From Octopus sinensis (taxonomy: Eukaryota), in NCBI RefSeq assembly GCF_006345805.1, contig NC_043004.1, positions 19,902,001-19,966,000 on the forward strand: a DNA stretch of 64,000 nt. Reading direction: 5' to 3'. Below the pieces are notes generated by a model. That model worked only from the letters and a program-made list of their open reading frames with translations, searched no databases and was not told the origin of the DNA. Below are positions 1-13,860 of the stretch, in pieces. Position numbers and translations under genes: made by a program. Positions within the stretch are counted from its first letter, which is position 1. Each line of letters opens with the position of its first letter.

Positions 1-120
1 AACACAAATAAAGACAAAAAGATAAAACTTACAGAATTACCTCCCCTTTATTGCAAAATAAATGAGTGAAACATTATCTTCCCTAGCAATATTTTACCCC
101 CCCTCCCACCCAGTTGTGTC

Positions 121-261
121 TCCGTCTTCTAAATCCACTCACAAGGGTTTCGTCGGCCCGAGGCTACAGCAGAAGACACTTGCCCGAATGCCACGCGGTG
201 GGACTGAACTCTGAATCGTATGGTTGGGAAACACGCTTCTTACTACACAGCCACGCCTGCG
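121..261 (-). mobile_element. tRNA-derived SINE, family A, 5' head only
   Basis: Reverse complement reads GCAGGCGTGGCTGTGTAGTAAG...GAGTTCAGTCCCACCGCGTGGCATTCGGGCAAGTGTCTTC...GTGGATTTAGAAGACGGA, matching the head of the full copy at 4697 (pol III A/B-box-like motifs). Confidence 0.85.
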
Positions 262-3200
262 TTTATACATATACGCATGCACACAACCACGTGCACATAC
301 ATATAAATATATAAAGCACAATAGAAGGTACTAGTGTCTCATATTGGCTACCTATTCCTCAGAGTGCACATTTTTTCAGATTAATCTTTTTCAATATCCA
401 ATGAATTAAATTTGGTTTTGAATTGAATAAATATTATAGATTTGGAAGTGAAAGTATTTTTCAAATAGCGTAAATAATTACATCAGTGAGTTATTTTTTC
501 TGTGTCTGAGACGAACTGATAACCTTTGTTCTTCATTCTGCTAGACAGATTGCATTGAAACCAACTCATGAGAAACTATATGTAAACGGTGGAAAATATT
601 TCATTAATATCAATCATCTCTCCGCAAGCCTGCTAATAGAATATCAACTTTAGCTTGTGTTGATAGGTTTAAAATGTGATCTCAATTCGGAGTAATTATC
701 CAGTAAAGAAAATATGAAAATACAGCAGTATATGTATAATCAGGAATTTCAGAAATAAAATACGGTAGAGGAACATATGACCATGGAAAAATATTTCTTT
801 TCTGCTTGATTTTGATCTAATTTTCCTCATATCTTTGTTCGGTTTTGTTTTCTTCATTTTTTGTGTTTCTCCACTGTAATGGTTTGTTTTTCCTGTTATT
901 ATCATTTGAGGACTGTACTCTAGGGATAATGGTCGATATCTTAATAAAGAACTAATAGTGTTATTCTTTCTCACAAACAGCGATTTTTATAGGATGCTAC
1001 TGTTAATATAATCTTAAAATTATCTCGTAGAATACGGTGTTATCATTATATCAAATTCCGTTACTAATAGCATGTAGTTTCGGATAACGATAGCAATAAT
1101 ATTTAATAATAATATAAATGGAACATTTAAATTTTACTAGTGAAAATTGAAAATATCGAAATTTCTCTTTACTGGACATGATATAACTCATATTTTAGAA
1201 TAATTGTTTTCCTTCATTTTTTAAAATCGTTTTACAGAACCCATGGTTATTTTATACATTTTTTTACAAGCAATGAAGCTATACACAAATTATAAATGGT
1301 TATTTCCATCGAATTACCTCAAGCTCCAAAAAATGTTATCACATGTATCTAGAGTTTTGAAATATAAGAATCAACAAGAGACTAAATAAATAACAAACAA
1401 ACATGTTAATCAATTTAATTGAAATTGTGGATGCATTAATTGATATTATTCACTTGTAATATTTCAACAAAAACAATTTATTTTAGAAGTGAATTCACAG
1501 TAAAGAAAGCTGTTGGGTAATTCATAGAGAGTGTTTTAAAGAAAATAACGACAACCTACTCAACCTATTCAATATTTACTCATACCCAAATGTGATATTC
1601 ACGCCACACTATGGATGTTACACAGTCATAAATTAACATTGTGTATGTATACTGCAGAAGCATCTCACGTCATTGTTACCTGAGAGTAACAGTTCCAATA
1701 TCACCTGGTAGAGGTATCGGACTGACTTTAAGTGGAAATCAAATTTGGAATAAATTTCCATTGAAATGTTCTGGAATAATCTATTATACATTGATCTGGT
1801 AACAGAGATGCACAGATTTTAATTGCTTTTGTTATTTGATACTTAAGACGTGTGATAGAAACGGAAATAATTTGAATAAGAATTGAGACCAACATGAAAC
1901 AACTCAATCACAGTTCGTTGCACTTAAATTAAAACATACTTAATTGGTAGCACATATCTTGGTATCAGCTGAATTATATTCCATTGTCAAGGATTTTTAA
2001 TTTCAAATAACTTAAACTCAATACGTTGTTTACACCCTAGCCAACTTTGATCTAATACAACTGTAATGGAAATGGTTCGTTGCAATATTAACCAAGATAA
2101 CTATCTATAAGAGATTGAAGATGCAGTACTCTTTTTACAACAGCTTACATATATTTCCTAAGAGATTTACTTGCTGTTTCTCACAGGAATAATGACAACT
2201 GAGAAACTATTTAGTTCTCTACAAATTGTTATACTTTCATTATTAAGAATCTTTATATTCCAATATTCTACCTGTTATTTCTGATAGTGTTCTTGTTGGT
2301 ATATACGTGTGTATGTGTCTGCATGTGTATGCTTGCGTCTGTGTGTGTGAAATATAATATTTCAAACAGATGTCCTTTGTTTACTATTATAACTAGATGA
2401 ATAAAATTAATTCAAAACATTACGAGAAGATGAAATTCAGATTGAAATTAAGAATGTTTTGCATAATACTAATTATCACTGCTTATAATACAAAGACATA
2501 TGCAGTGTTAAGTACTACCAAACGATGACATTTTTAACAATGGTTTTTCAAATGCAATCTCTCTAATTAAGGGGCATGTTCGTCATGGAAATCTTCCGTA
2601 CTACACTGCAGCGGGCCCTTGTTTTTTGATGAATGTATATTACTTTAGTCCTTCGACAACGTGTCACTTAGTTTAACCATATTATCTAATAACAGAAAAT
2701 GCGGGTCTAGAAATAATATTCTTAATTAATGGAAATGTGATTATAACATAAAGTAGAAAAGGAAACTTTAAAATTTTGAGTTGAATTTGAAATAAGAATC
2801 TAAATATGCCTTTAAGGAGGCACATTCGTAATGTTTTAAAATCTAATGGGCCATTATCTTCTACCCACTCCCAACTAATTCCAATGTGCATTTGTTCTTT
2901 TAATTCAGATGAAATCTAATTGTACATATGGAGTTTGAGGAAGATTGATTTAATGTTGTCCACTTAGAAAATGAAGGTTTCTTGGCCAAACTTTATAGAC
3001 GGCATGAGTGTTGGGAGGTGAGATTTCTAGTTGTCGAGAACAAAAGAACTTCTGATTTCTAGAGTTTCATAGGTATAGATTCTCAGTTACTTTTCTCTTT
3101 GGAGCACAGAGTCTCAATATTATGTGGGTGAAACTAGTTCTCACTAAAACCATCACACTGATTACTTTTTAGCTGAAAGATCATTATTCTCTATTTGACT

Positions 3201-4696
3201 GTCACAAAGAAAGTTGAAATGCGTGTATAGTCAAAAATTCCCACCATTTAATGAGATCGTATTTCTTTGGCTAGCTTCAACACAGCAACAATATGTCGTT
3301 GGAAAACACGTGAGGAATTTAATCAAATAATTTAAACTTTGAAAGACAGGCTGCATCTTCTTAACATGCGAGTAATTCACACCATTTACGACATAATATA
3401 TTTTATAGGGAACAGATATAGGAAATTCCATACAAAAACTTCTTTCTAGGAAGGCGTAAATTAAGCCGACGCATCAGTGTCTGATGGTCCTTTGACAGCG
3501 TTCGAAGTGTTGTCAGTTCTTATACATAGGATGTCTTGGGACAAATAGGAAGTATACATCTTCATTGGAATGAAACTAAAAACATTTTTAACATTTTAAT
3601 TTTAATTCCAACTCCAACATTTTAAAGTTTATGTTCAGTTAATAAAGAATATTATCATTTCCTTGACGGTATTTGGAGATTCTCCGAAGTTTCGAGGTTT
3701 TTCAATTTCAGATTTCGAGACGAAAATGATCAATCGTGAGTATGTGTGTATGTATATATATGTATGTATGCATGTATGTATGTATGTATGTATGTATGTA
3801 TGTATGTATGTATGTGTGTATGTATGTATGTTTTGTATGCATGTACATGTGTGTGCAGGCATGAGTATAAATGTGTGTGTGTATAATTTTATGAAACGTT
3901 TAAGCACAGGAGACCTTAGCAATGGACATCTCTTAGCAAAGGAACCTAGCGGTGTATATCACAGCAAATTTGAAATTAAGATGAACTACGGTGTACAACT
4001 GTCCACATGCGTCATTAGGAGCAAGATATTGTAAGATGTTTTTCCCCGAGACATAATTCTGCAACACACACCATTTCCACGTCCAAGTTTCCAGGAACGT
4101 GTCATAAACATAAGTACACAATATTAAACTTGTAATCACACAATGTTGCACTTGGACAAGAAGCTACCGATTTTAAGAAAAGAGGGTAAGATGGAGCTGA
4201 AAGGTAGATAGTTTTATCAAATTTGCGTGTTAGACATAGAAATACTTGCTGATATGAAGCGCTACAACAGAGGTTACAGAGATGAATGACCAAAGTAAAG
4301 GAGTTTTACAGTGGATATGGTGATTTTGTACTGCGATATGTACAGTGGGTATGGTGATGAACCAGACGGAAGAGTGAGATTCGAGGAGATAGTTAGGTCT
4401 GTTTTATTCCTATTGTATCGAAAATAATACAAGTATTTGCAATAAGTTCAGCAGAAATGGGAAGAGGATACTTCATACTCCAATTGTATTATCAGTGAAA
4501 AATACTATCAGCAATTAGAACCAAATATAATAACGACAGGATTAATATCAGTAATAGAACAACAGAAACTTTGAAACTATATAAAAATGACGTTGCATTT
4601 TCCACCACATACACACACACACACACACACATATACATAGACACATGCACGCACAAAGACTCATACATATATAAATGCACACAAATATTATGTATA

Positions 4697-4859
4697 GGCG
4701 TAGGAGTGGCTGTGTGGTAAGCAGCTTGCTTACGAATCACATGGTCCCGGGTTCAGTCCCACTGCGTGGCACTTTGGGCAAGTGTCTTCTACTATAGCTT
4801 CGGGCCGACCAAAGCCTTGTGGGTGGATTTGGTAGACGGAAAATGAAAGAAGCCCATCG

Positions 4860-4923
<64 letters not shown>

Positions 4924-5158
4924 TGTATTATTGTGTGTCTCTGTTTGCCCCCTCAAAATCGCCTGACAACCGATGCTGGTGTGTTCACGTCTCCGTAATT
5001 TAGCGATTCCGCCTAAGAGACCGATAGAATAAGTACTAGGCTTACAAAGAATAAGTCCTGGGGTCGATTTGCTCGACTAAAGGCGGTGCTCCAGCATGGC
5101 CACAGTCAAATAACTGAAACAAGTAAAAGAATAAAAGAATAAAAAGAAAAGAAAAGAA
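4697..5158 (+). mobile_element. Full-length family A SINE (tRNA-like head, internal (TA)n(TG)n tract, A-rich AAAAG tail)
   Basis: GGAGTGGCTGTGTGGTAAG (A-box-like) and GGTTCAGTCCC (B-box-like), microsatellite at ~4860-4925, conserved 3' body (...GGGGTCGATTTGCTCGACTAAAGGCGGTGCTCCAGCATGGCC...), AAAAGAAT tail; many diverged copies elsewhere in the window. Confidence 0.9.
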
Positions 5159-6727
5159 TATACGCGTGTGTTTGCATACATACATATATACATGAAGGGT
5201 CTCACAAAACATTTTATATAACTTCACTCTTGATAACTCACATAATATTCATTTCTCTTTAGATTTAATCCGTTAGAATTAAAGAAGAGCACACATACTG
5301 AGATTTGAACAAACTGCAACGGGAAGATTGAAAACGCAGTCAAAGCGAAAAGACAATTCGGTTGGGTGTGTGGAAGTGATCTATCGACGCGGCTCACAGT
5401 CATTGGAAATAAGAATTATAATTGCAGTTGTATATCTTAGAAGAGAATATAATTCATTGCTTTATCTTTTAGTTTCCATTTCTTACAAATTTATATCGTC
5501 CAAGATATTTAGATACGAAAACTTAATTTTATTTCTATTCCTTTCGATTTTTTTAATAATCTTGAATAATTGTTTTGTACTAATTTTTTTATACTTTTCT
5601 ATGGAACATGCAAATTTTTCATTTATGTTTTATTACTGGAAACATATTTCTTTTTCTACTTGCTTCATTCATCGTTTATCTCATTTCAAATTTCTCGTTT
5701 CATATTTTTTTATATCTATGCATTATTGCATTCTAACTTACGTATTCTTCTCTCTGACTTTTTTTTACTTTTCTTTTGGTTTTGAATATGTCTCTTTTTA
5801 TCTTCTCATTCCTCAACTCTCGTCTTCTTTCCTTTCGTTATGTTCTCTGATATTTCGCTAATCTTCTTAATTCATATATGTCTCGTATTTTAACCGGCAA
5901 TATTCATCACCATATAAAATGTATTCGCCATTCTTGTCACGTCTTATCAAAATTGGCTTCGTTTTATTTTGTTTTTAAGTAAAAGGAAACTTGCATGCAT
6001 ATATGTTCTCATACGAACAAATATAAGTAAAAAGAACATACGATATACCTGACAGTGTCATCTGGAAAAACAAGATATGGATATACAATCCAGCTGCCTG
6101 CATGCATGTCAATAATGATATAAAGAGAAAAATGATATCTATTGCCTACTCATGTCAAGATTCTAATTTCAGTATGCAAAGCATAAATTTAGTTTTATTC
6201 CAAATATTTTTGGAGCAACAGACTGGAAACAGGCATGATTGAATTTGGATTGTTGGAGAAATAGTCATAAAATATCGAACATTTTGCTGAGCAGAAAATC
6301 AGGGATGTTAAGTTTTTTTATGGAATGAAGAACAGCATAAGTTATGGAAAGAAATTTGTAAATTGTGTATACTCCTATCTTACTTAACTATTTTCTTATT
6401 CTTCCTCATCACTCGTTTTTGTTTTTCCTTTATATTTGACCACGTTATTATTTCGTCAAAGTATAATGTAGCATCAAATAGAAACAAACCAATGTATTTT
6501 TAGTTCTTCACTCTACACACGTTTTCATATGAGATGCAGATACTAAGAGGAATTAGGCAGAATTTCAAATATCATTGCACATACGCTTACAAATTTTACA
6601 TAGGTAACTATGTAAAAAGTATAATGAATTTCAGACAGTAGGGAATAAAACCTAATGCTCGACTCCCTTTAATCGACATCCAAGAATCTTATAATAAAAG
6701 ACGCATCCTGTAAAAATAGACTGTTTT

Positions 6728-6799
<72 letters not shown>

Positions 6800-7599
6800 T
6801 TGAGCGTTTCTCTCATTCAGTTCAGAATATAAGGTGTCAAAACAATTGATTTTCTATTTGCAGAATAGTATATATTATCTAATTTAAGGATTCAGCACGA
6901 GATATTCAATATATAATTGTAATCTGGCGTCTGCTCTTTTGGCGTCAAAGATAATGCATTTAATGAAAAAACCTATTTATTGACATAAGACTTTCATAAT
7001 TGCAATGCATAAATACTTGCTCTACTTTATAATATAATATTTAGGGGAACATTATTCATACCAAGCAATCACGAAGCGTATTATAAATGTATGGCACGTA
7101 ATGTGATCTGTAGTTAGAAAATTAGAAAAAGAGGTTTCTTGAATAAAGTATAAGAAACTAGATACTCCAGTATAATAACTGACTTTGTTATTTTTTATGC
7201 TTTTTAGCACTGATAGAACTGACCTGTAACGAATGATGATCAAACTTTGATCTTCTTATCAATGTGCTAGATAGTGTGACTGTGTTCTCTTCCATTGAAT
7301 GAAAATAAATTATCTTTGTTGCAGTTTCTAGCAGACCAAATGACAGCATAGACTTCGGGTTCTCGTTGGTTTCATCATTCCACAGTTCTTAATACTGGAG
7401 CAATATTTTCGCTTTGTCTATCTATATTAATTTCCCCTTGTTACACGTATAAATAAGTTTTTATTTGATATTCATTTTCCTTTATATACTAACACTTAAA
7501 TTAAATAAATTTCTTAATTTCATTACATTTCATACGTTACTATTTTCATCCAGTTATATGTATCCACTACCATGTACGTACATAGTTAAACGATAAGTT

Positions 7600-9450
7600 T
7601 TGGTTCATTTGTTTCTTCATTTTTGGAAGTAGGAATGTTAAACCATTAACTAGCCAAGAGGACATTATACTAGGATGCTGCAAAACATCATTGTAAAGTT
7701 TTGTTATTAGTTCATTGCTCTCTCTCAAGGCATTCAACCAGAAGTTAGGAATTTTATCCTTTTCTGGAGACTTCCATTTGCTTGACCTCCTAAGAGCAGA
7801 TCTTATATCTTCTACCTTGACACTCCCAATGTTGTTCCTCTAAGGAGTCTAAGTATGTAGATATTTTATCAATCCAAGGGGCCTTTTCATTGTGTTTTGT
7901 TTTCTTCTGCCCAAATTTTATTCCAAAATTCCTGCACTTCTTCTTTTGATGAGACATATTTTACTGTAATTGGTATCACTCCTATCTTCATGTAAACGTT
8001 TTTGGGGTTATTTTTCAATATGTTGTTATCCATGAATAATCTATTGCGCTTTTCATACCTTGCTGTGTGGGCAACTTTAGCACATACGTTTTGCTTGATG
8101 GTTTCTATGGTGGTATCACTATCAAATATGATTTTCATATTTTCGTTAATTTTCTGGTTTTTGGAGGTTTCATAGTTTTGTTAAACATAAGGTTTTTCAA
8201 ACATTCTATGTCAGACCTAAGTAGCTTAATTTGGTGTTGAATACGCTCTCGCCAAGAAGGCTTATTGTGGGAATGTTGTTTTCTAATCTTTTCACCACAT
8301 AAAATCGTTGAGATTTTCGCGGATGCATAGTACAGATGGTTGAGATCTATAATATCAACATCATTAGCTGAAATTATATCCTTAAGTGCAAGGCGGATTT
8401 TACCAATTATTTTCAGGTTTTGGTTAGAATTGCGAATTTTTGGGAGAGTATCGCGTTCATTCATGCTGGTTTCTTAAATTTTCAGCCATTCAATCATGAT
8501 TTGATTATTTAGATCATGTAGTTCTGTTGGGTTAATTTCTGTGTGACTTTTTTCATCCATTTGTTTTTCATCTGCCTTAGTGTTTATGGTTCGTTCAGAG
8601 AGTATTTCACTTTGCTTATTAGTTATATTAAATCTTTCAATCATTACTGCATTTTCATCAGTCGTGGGCGGGTCCACATTTATTTCCTCTGTAGTATCTT
8701 CTTTAGCTGCAGCTTCGTTCTTTTTATTCCTTACTGCTTGTATATTTTGTTCACTCTCACTTCAGTTAGTAATTTTTTTTATATAATGTTTCTTCTGAAT
8801 TTGGCAAGTTTGTTACTATGTAGGGTCTTACTTCAGTGTGTTTCGGTCTATACATGGCATGGTAGAAGGCCGTAAGAACTTCTTTATTATCTTCCCTAGA
8901 CCATTTTTCATTTTTTTCCTTTGGTTGTTTGATGACGAACATGGATCGCCATCTGTTGGAATATTCCGGTTGTGGGGTACTTCCAGCTCCTGTGTGTCGG
9001 GAAGATTTGAACCAGTTGCAGATTTTTCGACTCGAATCTCGTTCCTCATTCGAGTACGTGGCCATTTCTAATCAGGTCTATGACCATTCCCGTTTTTATT
9101 TTGATTTGTTGACAGTGAGGCCTGACGAGCTTTGACGTTGACATTAGAGGACGGATCTGTCTGTTTAGGGTTAATTTTTTGAGACGACATAGTCTCCGAG
9201 TTCTCTGCATGCTCGTAATCTGGCTTCTTCAGGCTAACAGATATACATCGAGTACGTAGTCCTCTGTGATCAGGTCGACGATTATTCTGGTTTGTAATTT
9301 GCTTTTTATCATTGAGGCATGACGAGCTTTGACGTTGACATTAAATGATGGATTTGTCTGTTTAGAGTCAATGTTTTGAGACAACACCGTCAAGGGGTTC
9401 TCTGCATGTAAACATTGCTCGTACCGTAGCTTCTAAGACTAAAACATCTG
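7600..9450 (-). mobile_element. Degenerate R4/Dong-like non-LTR retrotransposon (N-terminal region to start of RT)
   Basis: Minus-strand ORF pieces KWSREDNKEVLTAFY, PSWRERIQHQIKLLRSDI and ARYEKRNRLF...EEVQEFWNKIW, then a frameshifted WKSPGKDKIPNFWL-like RT start; these motifs are typical of R4-clade ORFs. Multiple stops and frameshifts; the 5' ~130 bp is tandemly duplicated (~9113-9240 and ~9312-9445). Confidence 0.8.
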
Positions 9451-9907
9451 TATTTGTCTGTATTTTTTTGTTGATCGATTTATCTCCGAGCATAGCTTTT
9501 TGTTGTGTTTTGTCTTTTAAACATATGAACGGTTCCCTCTGAGTTATTTCGAAAAAAAAAAATAAACGAAAAGTTTTGTTTTTGTTTTTGCTTCGCTTGT
9601 GAAACGTGTTTTCATATGCGTGAATGTGTGTCCTGTAAATTTCACGTAGTTGTGTAAACATTGAGATGTATGTGTAGTCCTATGGGTATCAAAATGTATA
9701 TATGATTGTGTAGTCAATTTTGTTCCATTTCTATTTTATAATTTGTAAACTCTTCGGTGTTGACTTCCTGTGTTTTTTGCACATGTTTTACTGAGCCATC
9801 GTATATAGGAGAAACTGTGCTTTGTATGGCAGTAAAATTTCGTTTTGCTTTATTATTTTCGTTAAAAGACCGCTTTCTTCAAGTCTTCCACAGGTTCCTT
9901 TATCTAA

Positions 9908-9967
9908 TTTCTTCTTCTTCTTCTTTTTCTTCTTCTTCTTCTTCTTCTTCTTCTTCTTCTTCTTCTT

Positions 9968-9998
<31 letters not shown>

Positions 9999-10058
9999 TT
10001 CTTCTTCTTCTTCTTCTTCTTCTTCTTCATCTTCTTCTTCATCTTCTTCTTCTTCATG
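9908..10058. repeat. (TTC)n microsatellite
   Basis: Direct reading; source of the poly-S/F/K ORFs. Confidence 0.98.
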
Positions 10059-10079
10059 GTATTATCATTATTATTATTA

Positions 10080-10200
10080 TTGAGTGGGAGGGCAGTGCAC
10101 GCCATCAAAGTAATAATGGTGTAAAATATACGAAACCCTGTATACCCATCAAAACTACCCGTCTGATAAGGTACACTAGACACATGCATCACAACCGTAT
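10080..10200 (+). mobile_element. Fragment of a (TTA)n-associated interspersed repeat (same family as 28846-29303)
   Basis: TTGAGTGGGAGGGCAGTGCACGCCATCAAAGT...CCCGTCTGATAAGGTACACTAGACACATGCATCACAACC aligns with 28846 onward; (TTA)n on both sides. Confidence 0.8.
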
Positions 10201-10295
10201 CATTATTATTATTATTGTTGTTGTTAATATTATTATTATTAGTATTAATATTATTATTATTAGTATTAATATTATTATTATTATCATCATCATCA

Positions 10296-10336
<41 letters not shown>

Positions 10337-11289
10337 GTTATTATTATCATCTCCCTTTCATTCAACTTCTTTTTTTCGAGTCATCTCGCCATGTTGGACC
10401 ATTGAACGCTGCACATTTTCTCTTTGTCGGTTTTTTTCATTCTCTCTCCATTTTGTTTTCCTCTTAATCCTTTCGATCGTAGACTCGAAACGTACAAGAC
10501 TTTTCCATTTTTCCGGAATGTTAAACTGATACACCTGCTAGTTGTTACTACACTTGTCTTCGTCTTTTTCTTTTTTGTAATTTTTTTACTATATATATAT
10601 ATATAAAGAGAGAGGGGGAGAAGATGGAGAGATTAAGAGAGAGACAGAAGAGTGTGTGTGTGTCTGTGTGTGAACATAATATAAATCTTCTCCAATCGGA
10701 ATTCTCATTTTCAAACAGGTAAATGCATTGAGATGTTATTCAGTGAAACCTTTCTAGTTGTGAAGAAAAAGACAGTATCAACTCTTTCATTCATTCATTC
10801 TTTCAATTACTTCACAGAGAAGATATGAAAATGGATCGTATACTTCTCTGAGAGACATAAATCATGAGGCAACGTCTTCAGTTCCGCATTAAACTCTTAT
10901 ATCCTACGTGATATAAATCCAATCATCACATCAGATGAAAGGTGAAAGTGCAGAGATACATTACAAAATGAGAAACGCAGAAAAACAGTGTCGTTTTATG
11001 CAACTATATAGTTGTTTCAATAAGTTACGGATGCATCTCTTCAAAATATTGGCAAAAGACACGATAGTCCAGGTTCAAAACGTGCGTATACGCCTGTATC
11101 CAAGCGATTGGAATATAAGGTGAAATGATAAAAATAATAGGGCAAATAAAAAGCTATGCTATACAAAGAGGGAGAGAAAAAGAAACAGAGAGGAGAGAGA
11201 GAGAGAGAGAAAAGGAGAGTGGAAGATAGAGAAGGAGAAAGAGAGAAAAGAGAGAGAAACACAGAGAGGGAGAGAGAGAAGATGATTCC

Positions 11290-11645
11290 CGTTTCAGTCC
11301 CTGGGCATGTGTCTTCTACTATAGCCTTGGGCCTACCAAAGCCATGTCAGTAGATTTGGTTGACAGAAACCGGAAGTAGACTGTCGTCTATATGTGTATA
11401 TATGCGTGTGTGTATGCATGTGTGTACGTGTGTATATATGTGGCTGTGAGTGTTTGTACCCCCCACCATTGCTTGATAACAGATGTTGCCCTGTTTGCGT
11501 TCCCACATGGTAGCGGTTCGGCAAAATACACTGATAGAATAAGTAATAGGCTTCGCAATGAATAAATCCTGTAGTCGATATTTTCGACAGAAGGCGGCGC
11601 TACAGCATGCCCGCCGTCACATGACTGAAACAAGTCAAGCAATAA
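11290..11645 (+). mobile_element. Family A SINE, 5'-truncated
   Basis: TTCAGTCCCTGGGCATGTGTCTTCTACTATAGCC...GATAGAATAAGT...GGCGGCGC...ACTGAAACAAGT matches the 4697 copy. Confidence 0.85.
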
Positions 11646-11781
11646 AAAACCATTTTAATCCCGAGTAAGGTCGTGAATCTCTACTAGTACACACACACAC
11701 ACACGCATATATGTGTGTGTCTGTGCGTGCGTACCTGTGAGTGTTTGATTGTATGTATCTATGTCTACGTATATGTGTGAG

Positions 11782-11821
<40 letters not shown>

Positions 11822-12234
11822 TGTTTATACACACATACGCATACGTGCACGGAAGCATACATATATATACACAGCTACATTATACGTACACATACACACA
11901 AACAAACACACACACACATATTTCCATAGAAGCTAATCTAAATCTTATCGAAGCTTATTTGGGAGTTTCACACTCGTAAATATATCGAGATTAATCAGTG
12001 AGCCCTTTGTAGTTGCGAAAATCAATATAATTGTTTCCTACATTTATTCATTCATTTGATTCACGGAGGCATGTGAGAGTAGGATGATGTACTTCTTTGA
12101 GAAATATAAATCCCCAGTCAACGCATGCTCCAATTTACGTTGCAGAATGTGTTTATTATGGGAACAGGGATATACATAATACACACACACACACACACAC
12201 ACACACACCAGAGTGATCGCATAAATGTGTAACA

Positions 12235-13400
12235 AGCTGGGGAAAATAGTACTGGAATACCAGATGTAGAGTAATATGCTTCCTTAATAAAGCTGCAAAG
12301 ACATCACACAAAAAAACTGTTTCTCAGAGTTTCACGTTCCCGTTCTTCGGACAGTTTTAGTTGAAAATGGAACAAAATAGGGTTATATGCATAAATATAC
12401 AATTACGTTGATAGATACCTATTATAAAATGTTTTTGTTTCATTGGTCCTTTCAACTAACCGTCTTTTCAATAACCGGTTATATGAAATTACAATTCCGA
12501 TTTAATATAATATTTATAAAAATAGAAGAAAAACCTTAAACATCGAGTAAAGAATATAAGTAGCGACCCTGATACGCACCACGAAGAAATAATCAAGCTA
12601 AGTAACAATCTATTAAGCAACAACTACCCCAAAAAAACATACTCTCCACTCCAATTAGGAAAAGGAGAAAGGATGAAACCCATAAACCGACCACAGTTTG
12701 TCTACCCTAATTGAAAGGCTCTTGGAAAAGATACAAAAGATATGCTGTCCATGTGACATCAGGACGGTATTCAAGAGTCATACAACACTTCGCAAATATC
12801 TCTTTCGAGTAAAACCACTAATAGGAAGAATATGACCAAAGACTGAGTGTACTCCATCCTATGCAGTTGTGGTAGGTTATAGAGAGGCGAAATATGCCAC
12901 CCACTTAAAATAAGGGTACGGGAATATCGTAATGCTGTGACACGAGATGTTGAAAAATCGGGTATAGCTGATGTTTTATGGAAAAGCGGAGACCACCTTC
13001 CCCTATGGGATAAAGTTAAAATAATAGACAGAGAACACCACTGGAAAATACGTAAACTAAAAGAGGCAGCACATATGCTAGGACAGAATAACATTCAAAG
13101 CAGACCTAGTGCAGGTATGAATAGAATTTTGGGAACCGGTATTAAGGAAGGATACAAAAATATTAGTTTTATGAGCACTAAAATTCACTCTAATTGCCCA
13201 CGGGCATATAGAGCAATGGGTAAGATCGCAGGCTCCAAAACCCCAAGATTGCGTGTTCATTTCCAGGCAGTGCATTTAATGAATAATAATAATAATAATA
13301 GTAATAGGAATGAGAACCCAGGGTTGGGTTCAAAATTCTTCCTGATGAACGCTCCTGAGTAAATCAGCCGAAACATCAAACAAGATGAGGACACATATTC
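12235..13400 (+). mobile_element. 5'-truncated Penelope-like element (RT C-terminus + GIY-YIG remnant) with inverted 3'-repeat segment at its 5' side
   Basis: Plus-strand KNLKHRVKNISSDPDTHHEEIIKLSNNLLSNNYP (~12530-12630) and ORF 12937 SGIADVLWKSGDHLPLWDKVKIIDREHHWKIRKLKEAAHM (GIY-YIG C-terminus). Segment ~12235-12480 reads on the minus strand as ORF-end/3'UTR sequence and carries a hammerhead-like motif; inverted pLTRs are a known PLE architecture. Confidence 0.8.
12313..12358 (-). ncRNA. Minimal type I hammerhead-like motif, CCGAAGA core variant (probably inactivated copy)
   Basis: Minus strand: AAAACTGT-CCGAAGA-ACG(GGAA)CGT-GAAA-CTCTGAG-AA-ACAGTTTT. Perfect 8-bp stem I and 3-bp stem II with GNRA loop; U16.1 replaced by A, U4 replaced by C. 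Confidence 0.6.
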
Positions 13401-13860
13401 GTCCAATGCAAATAATATACAGAATTCCTTATCTCAAAAATATAGAAAAAAAAACTTAAATTAAAAATTAGCTTTAACAAAAGGAAAATTAATTAATGGC
13501 AATCAGAAATTTAAATAAAACAAAAGGTAGGTCCGTTTAAAAGAGCTAATATCATTAAAATATATATTTAGTAATACATACACATACAAAAATCCTATAT
13601 ACACTAAACATACAAACGTTGGTACGTGCCTACATATACAAAGGAATACGGGCGAAACATAAATATATACAAATGCATATATAAGTATCCACATACATAT
13701 ATACAGAAACATACTTTTCCATATGTATTTCAAATACAGAAAGAAAACGAAAAGAAAATCAGTATAAGTGGTGGGAGAAAGAATATTTCTCTATTTGTTT
13801 TTACAGCAATAAAATGCCGGATTAGACCACAAGTCTTTCCTAGTTTTAATTCTATTATTA

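Noticed and set aside
2682-3020. Candidate exons (ISSELKEQMHIGISWEWVEDNG on minus; 2968-3017 on plus with GTGAGA donor)
   Set aside because: Splice-like signals and short open frames conflict in strand, and no family is recognised; unsupported without RNA data.
3635-4034. YI/VC/HT-rich ORFs (also around 11650, 14600, 32300, 51400, 62200)
   Set aside because: Dinucleotide/tetranucleotide repeat translations.
9757-10529. ORFs of poly-S/K/F/I/L (also at 15799-16119, 27267-27620, 28446-28730, 57637-57910)
   Set aside because: Translations of (TTC)n/(TAA)n/(AGT)n microsatellites; no coding evidence.
13342-13395. CTGATGA...GAAAC at the PLE 3' end
   Set aside because: Stem II does not close next to the core, there is no UH triplet and stem I does not pair; at best a decayed hammerhead.
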